A DNA stretch of 64,000 nucleotides, taken from a virus. The stretch is taken from the IMG/VR virus record IMGVR_UViG_3300002091_000022; one strand, given 5' to 3'. Below the pieces are notes generated by a model. It worked only from the letters and a program-made list of their open reading frames with translations, did no database searches and was not told where the DNA came from. Shown here piece by piece: positions 9,624-17,318 of this stretch (position 1 is its first letter; each line of letters begins with the position of its first letter). The position numbers and the translations under genes are program-made.

Positions 9624-9800
9624 ATGATACAGTTAAGTTCACATCACGAAATGAGAATTGTCTTAAAGAATTATAGGTTGGAACCCCTGCCTGATATACC
9701 TATTAGATTAGATAAACCGAAAGGTGGAACTATACCTTTCCCGACCAAATTAAATAAGGGATATAATTCCCAAAAAAGATTTGGCAGAATGAGAAAATAG
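9624..9800 (+). CDS. possible 58-aa basic protein (not in ORF track)
   Basis: MIQLSSHHEMRIVLKNYRLEPL...FGRMRK; fills the gap and runs into the next promoter. Confidence 0.4.
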   Translation: MIQLSSHHEMRIVLKNYRLEPLPDIPIRLDKPKGGTIPFPTKLNKGYNSQKRFGRMRK

Positions 9801-9843
9801 TCTTATATTTGCAGTATCAATTAACAATCTAAAAATTAATGTT

Positions 9844-10056
9844 ATGGCATCAAAGGTAGTTACAAAAACTCGTAGTTATGTGGTTAAGTTAGCCGCTGAA
9901 AAAAAATTCACCACATCTTATAGTGGTAAAGAAAAACGTTTGTTCATTCATGGAGCGGACGAAAAAAGTGTAAAGAACTTTATAGTAGCACTGCAATTTA
10001 AAGGCTTATCCCAAAAGACGCTTGGATTCGATATGCTTGCAGTAGCTAAGAACTAG
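9844..10056 (+). CDS. hypothetical protein
   Basis: ORF with cassette promoter; terminator at 10083-10110. Confidence 0.75.
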   Translation: MASKVVTKTRSYVVKLAAEKKFTTSYSGKEKRLFIHGADEKSVKNFIVALQFKGLSQKTLGFDMLAVAKN

Positions 10057-10082
10057 GTACATAGCGTTTAGATTTAGCCAAT

Positions 10083-10110
10083 AAGCCCCCACCTAACTGG
10101 TGGGGGTTTT
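10083..10110 (+). terminator. intrinsic terminator
   Basis: cccccacc-taact-ggtggggg followed by tttt. Confidence 0.75.
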
Positions 10111-10194
10111 GCGGTAAATAGATTATCTAAAATATAAAAATAAATTTGGTGGGTAATTAATAAACCCTTATCTTTGTATCCTAAATTAAACGAT

Positions 10195-10518
10195 ATGGAT
10201 AAGTTAACTAAAGAATCAGTACCTAATGAAGTGGTATTGAAGTTTAAAGGGTTTAAAGTTACTGGTACTACATTTGTCACTTGTTGGGGTGGTGGTAGCG
10301 GAAACATTGGTTTGAAGCCTTTTAGTTTAGATGAAGTAACGGACGAAACGTTATTAGATAATCTAAACGATAATGGTTTTGGTGTTCAAAGCATTGACGG
10401 TGGTGTATGTGACATTTGGGCGGTGTATGGAGATAACCATACGGTGTTTCAAGAAACGGTTACGGTGGGTCGTGTTCCTGATGACTGGGAAGAAATACAC
10501 GAAGCTAACGACATTTAA
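10195..10518 (+). CDS. phage hypothetical protein
   Basis: Start corrected; CWGGGSGNIG and NDNGFGVQSIDG motifs. Confidence 0.78.
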   Translation: MDKLTKESVPNEVVLKFKGFKVTGTTFVTCWGGGSGNIGLKPFSLDEVTDETLLDNLNDNGFGVQSIDGGVCDIWAVYGDNHTVFQETVTVGRVPDDWEEIHEANDI

Positions 10519-10626
10519 TTTTGGTTTTGGTTCTATATAACGGGGATGGGTATCTACTCGACCCCTTTTTTTTTTATTTGGTGGTTTGAAAAAATAGTCT
10601 TATATTTGTATCCTAAATAATAAATT

Positions 10627-10869
10627 ATGTACAATTACGAAGGTAAATTACCTAATAGCCCTAAACAACCATTCACGGTAAGGGTTAAATATACATTTGA
10701 TGTTGAGTATAAGATTAATGCTACATCTAAAACAGAAGCAAGAGAATTGATTAATACTCAATGTGGTTTAACCTTGGGTGGCAATATTCATAGCACATTG
10801 GCAGATGAAGACATTGACTGGGAAGCTGGTACGCATCCCGAAACAAAAATCGTATCAATTAAAGATTAA
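10627..10869 (+). CDS. hypothetical protein
   Basis: ORF 18 nt after the -7 box. Confidence 0.75.
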   Translation: MYNYEGKLPNSPKQPFTVRVKYTFDVEYKINATSKTEARELINTQCGLTLGGNIHSTLADEDIDWEAGTHPETKIVSIKD

Positions 10870-10904
10870 TTTGGTGGTATCAAAATAAACCCTTATATTT
10901 GTGT

Positions 10905-11000
10905 TCCAATTGGTTACGAAGGATAAACTTAATGGTAGCCTCACAAGGTTCGAGAGTGGGTAACAGGTGGCGTTACTCATCCATTAAGTTTACTTTCATT
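10905..11000 (+). ncRNA. candidate structured RNA (three-way junction) with its own cassette promoter
   Basis: 12-bp perfect stem 10924-10935/10981-10992 enclosing hairpins 10937-10950 and 10956-10980; promoter at 10870-10901. Confidence 0.5.
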
Positions 11001-11013
11001 TAAACTATAAAGT

Positions 11014-11202
11014 ATGAAGAAATATCGTATCTATGTTATTAACGGTACACCAGCGTTCTATAATAGAATAATTGAATGTACAGGAATGGTTGAAAGTACC
11101 AATGGTTATTATCGCTTCTATAAGGATAATGGTAGTGCTGCCAGTAAGACTATTGCCTTATATCCCATTATGCACACGATTGTTGAACTGATTGAGGATT
11201 AG
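11014..11202 (+). CDS. hypothetical protein
   Basis: 62-aa ORF downstream of the structured leader. Confidence 0.7.
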   Translation: MKKYRIYVINGTPAFYNRIIECTGMVESTNGYYRFYKDNGSAASKTIALYPIMHTIVELIED

Positions 11203-11231
11203 ATACACAAAAGTGTACATAACATGACATT

Positions 11232-11519
11232 ATGGCTAGATTGGAGCTTATAGTTAAGATAAACCAATACATTGAAAAGTTTGGCGTTATAACCTATTCC
11301 GATTTACCATCCGATGTTGAACTACAGTTTGAATCAATGGGTAACGGTAAGTACATATCAATGTTCGAGATATTTGAACAGGATAAGGTAACTTGCTTTA
11401 TATATAATACTGAAAATGATGGAGTAGATATTGGTCGTTATACAATGAAGTATAATGATTTACCTAATCCATCATTGAAGCAAATAAGCAAAGCGTTAAA
11501 ACGCTTTACCAGTGCATAA
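11232..11519 (+). CDS. hypothetical protein
   Basis: 95-aa ORF. Confidence 0.7.
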   Translation: MARLELIVKINQYIEKFGVITYSDLPSDVELQFESMGNGKYISMFEIFEQDKVTCFIYNTENDGVDIGRYTMKYNDLPNPSLKQISKALKRFTSA

Positions 11520-11685
11520 GAGCATACGGGTTTTGTCCTAATTCCCTAAGCTTCTTTACCAATTCTTGAAACTTTATTGGTGTAATTTGAAACGTGCAAG
11601 TGTTCTCTGTATTCTCGGTATATTTACGTTTAGGTAACATAGACTGAAAATAAGGAATCTGTGCTTTTGCAATTAATACATACAT
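11506..11685 (-). CDS. 59-aa hypothetical protein on an inverted cassette (not in ORF track)
   Basis: Minus-strand TTTG (11740-11737), TATATTTG (11716-11709) and ctaattaaattaaac leader; MYVLIAKAQIPYFQSMLPKRKY...GQNPYALMHW. Confidence 0.7.
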   Translation of the reverse strand: MYVLIAKAQIPYFQSMLPKRKYTENTENTCTFQITPIKFQELVKKLRELGQNPYALMHW

Positions 11686-11802
11686 AATAGTTTAATTTAA
11701 TTAGGCTGCAAATATAGTGGTATCTTTCCAGTTAAACAAATAAAAAAATAAATTTGTCCAGTATCAAAAATACCCTTATCTTTGTATCCTAAATTAAATG
11801 AT

Positions 11803-12135
11803 ATGAGTGCAGCACTAAACGAAGTAATTAAGAACACGGTACAACGTGATTTCGATGCAAAAGAAACATTGCAAGTATTAACAATTAACAAACCAATTTA
11901 TTGGTCTTGGGGTGTATCTAATAGGTATGCTGATAAGAACTATTTACTCTTAAAGGTTTCGGGTCACCACCATAAGGGTTATGTATTAATTACCCTAAAC
12001 TATAATGATACATACAAGGTTAGTATTGTTAGTTATAGGGGTAAACTACTCCAAACATTTGATGAAGTCTATTTTGACCAATTGACTGAAATAATAGATA
12101 ACCGTATTGAGAAGATAGCTAACTATACTTATTAA
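11803..12135 (+). CDS. phage hypothetical protein
   Basis: Start corrected; WSWG..LLKVSGHHHKGYVLITL..NDTY. Confidence 0.8.
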   Translation: MSAALNEVIKNTVQRDFDAKETLQVLTINKPIYWSWGVSNRYADKNYLLLKVSGHHHKGYVLITLNYNDTYKVSIVSYRGKLLQTFDEVYFDQLTEIIDNRIEKIANYTY

Positions 12136-12210
12136 TAGTTTATCTAATCTGAAAAATAAATTTGGCTATGTGCAAACATAGCCTTATTTTTGCACTCTAA
12201 ATAAAACGGT

Positions 12211-12771
12211 ATGAGTACTAAAGTAAAACATTTCTTATCTAGTGATTTTGTTGATACCTACAAAAATATTAAGAAGGGCGAAGTTGTAGAGTATGAGAAT
12301 AAAAGGTATAGGGTAATTTGGATTGTAATGGAACTAGGCGAAGCAATCATATTCTTACAAAAGATTAAGAAAGACGGTAAGCCATACAACAACCTTTCAC
12401 CCTTTGGCGTTAAGTATAACAAGCTAAAAAATATTGAAGCAGTTAGTTTAATGTTTCCACAGTTTGATTGGACGTATAACAAAGATAATGACGGTTATTT
12501 TGCCACTAAGCAAGTAAACAGGATTGATAAGAGGTTGGCTGATAAAAGTCGTGTATCATATTACACTATTTATATCTTCATTAGTAGCTTATCTGAAAGG
12601 AATGGTACTAGGTATGCAATGTGTTGGCAAAAGATTGAAATTACCCGTTACAGGTGCAGAAATAGCCATGAAGCAGAATTTAACAAGTCATTCGTTTATG
12701 ATGCTAGTTTAGATAAACTATTAGAAAAGTTAAAGGCGGCTACTGATATGAATAAGTTTGTAACTAAGTAA
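12211..12771 (+). CDS. hypothetical protein
   Basis: ORF 18 nt after the -7 box. Confidence 0.78.
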   Translation: MSTKVKHFLSSDFVDTYKNIKKGEVVEYENKRYRVIWIVMELGEAIIFLQKIKKDGKPYNNLSPFGVKYNKLKNIEAVSLMFPQFDWTYNKDNDGYFATKQVNRIDKRLADKSRVSYYTIYIFISSLSERNGTRYAMCWQKIEITRYRCRNSHEAEFNKSFVYDASLDKLLEKLKAATDMNKFVTK

Positions 12772-12828
12772 AAATAAATTTGGCTATGTGAAAAAATAGC
12801 CTTATTTTTGTATCCTAAATTAAATGAT

Positions 12829-13335
12829 ATGAGTAACTACTTAACACCTGAAAAAAAAGCATACTATCAAAATGAGTTTGCTAAAGTACTACAATGTAAA
12901 GATACTGATTGGGATTTAGATAAAGGATTATTAAGTATCCTAACCGAAATTAATAAGAATCCAAACATACAAACAATACTCTCAAAACGTAGTGAGAATT
13001 TAACTAAAAGCAATGATAGTTATTTACATTTCACTTTTACTAAAGAAGTTGAAGAAAAGTTGAAACGCATTTTATGGCGTATGAAAACAACATTTGAAAG
13101 GAAAGGTAATGGTAACGGTCTGGGTGTAAAATACTATGCTGCTGAACATTTTTCCGATATGGAAGTTGACGAAAGTGAGGTTGACCAAAACATTAAAAAC
13201 CTTGATTGTGTTACTAATGTAAAGAATTATATTGATATTGATTCGTTATTTGTACAGTTATTTAGCTTTAATGAAAGGGTGCATGAATCGTTTTGGGAGA
13301 CACTTAAAAAAGAATTAGGTAGTGTCACAAAATAA
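12829..13335 (+). CDS. hypothetical protein
   Basis: Start corrected to the in-frame ATG 18 nt after the -7 box. Confidence 0.78.
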   Translation: MSNYLTPEKKAYYQNEFAKVLQCKDTDWDLDKGLLSILTEINKNPNIQTILSKRSENLTKSNDSYLHFTFTKEVEEKLKRILWRMKTTFERKGNGNGLGVKYYAAEHFSDMEVDESEVDQNIKNLDCVTNVKNYIDIDSLFVQLFSFNERVHESFWETLKKELGSVTK

Positions 13336-13364
13336 CCTTATTTTTGTACTCTAAATAAAACGGT

Positions 13365-13559
13365 ATGAGTAACTATACAACTGAACATAAACATATTAGC
13401 AAAATTGTATCAGGTGACACAATAATGCACAACGGTGAAATGAAAACCGTTACCAATACAAATATCAAACACGATGCCTTTATGGGTACTTCATTATTTG
13501 GTGACAGTTATAATATTGGTTACAAATTGGTTGAGGTTCTTAACTTCAAAACAAAGTAA
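13365..13559 (+). CDS. phage hypothetical protein
   Basis: HISKIVSGDTIMHNGEMKTV..FMGTSLFGDSY; cassette promoter. Confidence 0.75.
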   Translation: MSNYTTEHKHISKIVSGDTIMHNGEMKTVTNTNIKHDAFMGTSLFGDSYNIGYKLVEVLNFKTK

Positions 13560-13616
13560 AAATAAATTTGGTTGGTATCAAATATAACCTTATCTTTACA
13601 CCCTAAATCATATTAT

Positions 13617-13829
13617 ATGTTATTCATTGAATGGTGGAGCGGTTTATCGCTTAATGAGCAAAGAGAATACTCTAAAAAGCATTTAGATTGTTACTACTAT
13701 GCTTGTATATGGGATTACAGCCTAAGTAAGTATGTAAAGGATAGTCTATTCTGTAAAATTATAGAAATAGTTTGGGATAATGAAATAAATTTGGCGGAAC
13801 CAAAAAATAGCCTTATATTTGTACCCTAA
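13617..13829 (+). CDS. hypothetical protein
   Basis: Start corrected; the 3' end reads through the next promoter repeat. Confidence 0.6.
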   Translation: MLFIEWWSGLSLNEQREYSKKHLDCYYYACIWDYSLSKYVKDSLFCKIIEIVWDNEINLAEPKNSLIFVP

Positions 13830-13839
13830 ATTAAAAGTT

Positions 13840-14064
13840 ATGGAAGGACAAAATTATTACGAAGGACAGTTGAACAACATTGAGGTTGGTAAGACTGAAT
13901 TTGCACCAACGTTCAAAATATTTGCAAATGGTAATGGTGCGGACACTAAACACTTATCATTGAATAATGATAGTGCTACTGAACTAGTGAAGTGGTTATC
14001 AAAGAACTTTGATGTAAGAGGGGTTGATGCTTACCCGACACTATTTGCACTTAGTCTAAATTAA
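13840..14064 (+). CDS. hypothetical protein
   Basis: Start corrected. Confidence 0.75.
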   Translation: MEGQNYYEGQLNNIEVGKTEFAPTFKIFANGNGADTKHLSLNNDSATELVKWLSKNFDVRGVDAYPTLFALSLN

Positions 14065-14115
14065 ATTTGGTAGGTAACTAAAATACCCTTATCTTTGTAT
14101 CCTAAATTAAATGAT

Positions 14116-14433
14116 ATGGCAAAGAGTAAACATTACACAGGTTCGGATTTAGGGCAAGACTTTCGTACCTTTTACACTAAGGAAACTAATCGGATTAAGA
14201 AGGTATTAACAGAAATGGGATGTACCAACATTGAGTTCTCTAGGCAGTTCTACTACTTTTATGGATTCTTTACAGCACCTTCGGGGCAAGTGTATTATAT
14301 GAGTTGTAGTGATGTAAGGCATTTTCCTTATGAAAAACTATTGTATCGTACAGCCGCAACTTATAAGGATTACACGGGCGGTTATAACTGTTACGTTAAA
14401 CCTGATGGCATTAAGTTTATCAATTTCAAATAG
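14116..14433 (+). CDS. phage hypothetical protein
   Basis: Start corrected; YYMSCSDVRHF..LLYRTA..KDYTGG. Confidence 0.8.
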   Translation: MAKSKHYTGSDLGQDFRTFYTKETNRIKKVLTEMGCTNIEFSRQFYYFYGFFTAPSGQVYYMSCSDVRHFPYEKLLYRTAATYKDYTGGYNCYVKPDGIKFINFK

Positions 14434-14509
14434 TTTTGGTTTTAGTCTCTCATATAAAAGGGGTTCTATGTCTATAGTGACCCCTATTTTTATAGTTTAG
14501 ATAAACTGT

Positions 14510-14569
14510 AAAATAAATTTGGTGGTATCAAAAATAGTCCTATCTTTGTATCCTAAATTAAATGATATG
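14510..14569 (+). promoter_or_regulatory. Representative cassette element: Bacteroidota primary-sigma promoter (-33 TTTG / -7 TAnnTTTG) plus 18-nt AT-rich spacer to the ATG
   Basis: aaaataaaTTTGgtggtatcaaaaatagtccTATCTTTGtatcctaaattaaatgatATG, near-identical to the copy at ~15747-15806. Matches the established Bacteroidota housekeeping promoter consensus. Confidence 0.9.
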
Positions 14570-14800
14570 TACACAGTACTACTAACAAAAGACAAGCAAG
14601 AAATTAAAATCCTTTCGCAACAATATGTTTGCGGAACGTATGTAACAATCAATGGTATGCAAACAGGCACTACTGAAAAAGAAGACATATACCATAAGAA
14701 GTTAAGAATTAAAGCAATAAAGCTGGGCGATACGATTACAGGCGGCTCGGTGATTGACTTAAAAAGTAAATTCCCTATCAATACATTTGTATCAAACTAA
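14567..14800 (+). CDS. hypothetical protein
   Basis: Start corrected. Confidence 0.72.
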   Translation: MYTVLLTKDKQEIKILSQQYVCGTYVTINGMQTGTTEKEDIYHKKLRIKAIKLGDTITGGSVIDLKSKFPINTFVSN

Positions 14801-14861
14801 TTAAAATAAGATTTGGCTATATGCAAATATAGCCTTATCTTTGTATCCTAAATTAAAGGTT

Positions 14862-15182
14862 ATGACTAATTATGCAATGTTTTTGTGTTCCCCTCTAGGT
14901 GAGAAAACTATTAATAGTTTATCTAAACGTAAAAAGGAGTTAACTATGTCTGACAAAATTGGTAAGATGTTTACCCCTGACATAAGGTTTGAGTTAATGC
15001 CCAAAACAGGTTGTTACAATGTACTTGGATTAAGTGAAGCAGGTAAACTATTCGTGACTAAGATTAGCGGCATTAAGATGGAGAAAGGTAAAATGATTGC
15101 TACTAGTTTAATTGAACCAATATATGAATATGCCTTGAAGCTAGAGTTAACTACTGAAAGGATTGACGGTGACGAAAATTAA
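14862..15182 (+). CDS. hypothetical protein
   Basis: Start corrected. Confidence 0.72.
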   Translation: MTNYAMFLCSPLGEKTINSLSKRKKELTMSDKIGKMFTPDIRFELMPKTGCYNVLGLSEAGKLFVTKISGIKMEKGKMIATSLIEPIYEYALKLELTTERIDGDEN

Positions 15183-15233
15183 ATTTGGTGGCTATCAAAA
15201 ATAGTCCTATCTTTGTATCCTAAATTAAATGTT

Positions 15234-15662
15234 ATGCAAAAAGTATTGGTTCAAGTAATTGTAAATGTAATGGTTAACCTAGACGATAATACGTTAATAG
15301 GTGAAGTAATGGAAAGTATGTCACATAGTTTCAGCTTAAACCAAAGTGATAGTAGTATTGCTAAAACTGAAATTATCCATTATGATGTTATACAAGCTAT
15401 TGATGTTCGTGATGGTGAAGGTTTCGGGATTAAGGTTGAGGTTTCCCCTCGTGACAAGTTCATTAATGAGTTTGAAGCTAGGATATTGGACGGCTTAACA
15501 GGTGATAGGTTATCCACTAAGGTTTCAACTTGTGATTATCCTAATTGGAGTATTGATGAGTACCAATATATGCCAACAGTAGCCGAAAGGTTAAGGGCTA
15601 AAGGGTACACCGTAAGTAGTAAAATTAATCATGGTGTAACTGATTGGTACATTAGTAAGTAA
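15234..15662 (+). CDS. hypothetical protein
   Basis: Start corrected. Confidence 0.75.
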   Translation: MQKVLVQVIVNVMVNLDDNTLIGEVMESMSHSFSLNQSDSSIAKTEIIHYDVIQAIDVRDGEGFGIKVEVSPRDKFINEFEARILDGLTGDRLSTKVSTCDYPNWSIDEYQYMPTVAERLRAKGYTVSSKINHGVTDWYISK

Positions 15663-15697
15663 GATATTTTTTGATTTGGTGAATAAATGTTGATTGG

Positions 15698-15725
15698 GCG
15701 AGGTGTTTCTACACCTTGCTTTTTT
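15698..15725 (+). terminator. intrinsic terminator
   Basis: gcgaggtgt-ttct-acaccttgc followed by T6. Confidence 0.75.
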
Positions 15726-15803
15726 ATTAGATTATCTAATCTATTAAAAATAAATTTGGTAGTATCAAAAATAGTCCTATCTTTGTATCCTAAATTAAAC
15801 GTT

Positions 15804-16268
15804 ATGAGTAAGGCTAAAAAGAAGGAGTTTATTGTAGTAGGTGAAACACCTAGAGTATCAGTAGAAATGGCTGAACAGATTCAGGGGTTACAAAAAAAAC
15901 TTATGACCCCCGAACATGTAGTTTTTGTTGGACAGTTATTTGAAACAGAGTTTGAGAAGGTAATGGTTTATCCCGTATTATTTAGCGTGGAGTTCTTTAA
16001 AGCATTAAAAAAATCTGTGTTGGAACTGATACCTAACACTATTATAGTCGTTGATAATATGTTTGATAGTGATGGGTGGTTATATATCGAACATTGTCCT
16101 AAAGACGATTATCCACGTCAAAAGACAATCTTCTTTAGAAATAAAATTAAATGGGAGGATAAAAATGAGTATGCTAAACGCTTACTACAATACTGCATTG
16201 ATAATCAGTTTAACATTGTACTACAAAAAAATAGAAGTGTGTTTCAATCGGAATTTGTATTGTATTAG
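15804..16268 (+). CDS. hypothetical protein
   Basis: Start corrected to the ATG 18 nt after the -7 box. Confidence 0.75.
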   Translation: MSKAKKKEFIVVGETPRVSVEMAEQIQGLQKKLMTPEHVVFVGQLFETEFEKVMVYPVLFSVEFFKALKKSVLELIPNTIIVVDNMFDSDGWLYIEHCPKDDYPRQKTIFFRNKIKWEDKNEYAKRLLQYCIDNQFNIVLQKNRSVFQSEFVLY

Positions 16269-16285
16269 GTTATCTAATCTAATAT

Positions 16286-16643
16286 ATACACTTTTGTGTA
16301 CATAGAAAATAAATTTGGTGGTTATCAAAAATACCCTTATCTTTGTATCCTAAATTATAAGTTATGTTAGACAGGACAAAAGCAGTAGATAAGGGTACAA
16401 TGGATTCAACGCTTAAACGGCTAATTAAATCAGCACCAAACTTTAATCCTAAAGACGTTAAATATGTTGATGACAATACTATTAATGGGGATTATGGGTT
16501 CGATTTTTACTCATGGAGTTACTGGGGTATGAGTGGTGGTGGTTCAATATGTGCAGTCGTTACTGATACATATAATAGTTATTTGAGGTTTCGGAAACTA
16601 CAAGAACAAGCACAAGGTTAAGAATATACACTTTTGTGTACAT
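16286..16643. repeat. ATACAC-W4-GTGTACAT palindrome (4 copies)
   Basis: 320-337 and 11203-11220 (AAAA core); 16286-16303 and 16626-16643 (TTTT core); each within 20 nt after a stop codon. Confidence 0.85.
16364..16621 (+). CDS. hypothetical protein
   Basis: Cassette flanked by identical 18-bp palindromes at 16286 and 16626. Confidence 0.75.
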   Translation: MLDRTKAVDKGTMDSTLKRLIKSAPNFNPKDVKYVDDNTINGDYGFDFYSWSYWGMSGGGSICAVVTDTYNSYLRFRKLQEQAQG

Positions 16644-16666
16644 TAGTTGTTAATTAGATAGTAAAC

Positions 16667-16698
16667 AAAATAAGGGGCTAATTTCTTAGCCCCCTATT
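16667..16698. terminator. bidirectional terminator between convergent cassettes
   Basis: ggggctaa-tttc-ttagcccc with A/T flanks. Confidence 0.7.
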
Positions 16699-16705
16699 AG
16701 TTTAA

Positions 16706-16819
16706 TTAATCCAATAAAGCAAATATAGCGTCATTTTCATGCTCTTGTTCTATTAAGTCGATTAACTCTTCAACTTGAATAGTACTGCTAAAATCGTCAT
16801 AACACCAATTAAATTCCAT
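16706..16819 (-). CDS. 37-aa acidic peptide (not in ORF track)
   Basis: MEFNWCYDDFSSTIQVEELIDLIEQEHENDAIFALLD, with the typical aaattaaacgttATG leader. Confidence 0.6.
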   Translation of the reverse strand: MEFNWCYDDFSSTIQVEELIDLIEQEHENDAIFALLD

Positions 16820-16888
16820 AACGTTTAATTTAATAGATTAGATAAAATAATAAACGAGGTTACAATAATAGTAACCCCGTCCGATTGG

Positions 16889-17026
16889 TTAACGTAAATA
16901 CTTTGCTCTTGCATCCCCCCATGACATATTTGGGCAATGTTTAGTACTAGTACAACTACTGAAGTTAAATAATAACCACAATAAACCAATAAGGGCTAAT
17001 AACCTGATAACTAATAATGTTCGCAT
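16889..17026 (-). CDS. small lipoprotein (45 aa) on an inverted cassette (not in ORF track)
   Basis: MRTLLVIRLLALIGLLWLLFNFSSC lipobox; minus-strand promoter 17077-17045, ATG 18 nt downstream. Confidence 0.7.
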   Translation of the reverse strand: MRTLLVIRLLALIGLLWLLFNFSSCTSTKHCPNMSWGDARAKYLR

Positions 17027-17318
17027 AACTTTTAATTTAGAGTGCAAATATAAGGTTATTTAATCTATTGAAACAAATTTATTTTTATCTACACTTATAT
17101 AGTAATAGATAAGATAAACCATTAAAAAATAAATTTGGTACTTTCAAAAAATAGCCGTACCTTTGGGGTTTATCCTTGAAAGGATATTGTTAACAAGATG
17201 TTAAAGGACGTTAATACTTTAAATAAAATAAAAAAAGATTAGTTCAATTCAAATTAAACCCCTATCTTTGCACTGCCTTAGCGATATTGCAAGGGTAAAA
17301 CAATCTAAATTTAAAGTT

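Noticed and set aside
10921-10992. Known self-cleaving ribozyme or riboswitch
   Set aside because: No CUGANGA/GAAA hammerhead core or other consensus I recognise; reported as an unknown structure instead.
6807-15803. ORF-track N-termini MYPKLNxM / MVVSKIVL.. / MTVLKNKFGG.. as a shared peptide motif
   Set aside because: These are translations of the promoter repeat from TTG/GTG codons. The true starts are the downstream ATGs, about 18 nt after the -7 box.
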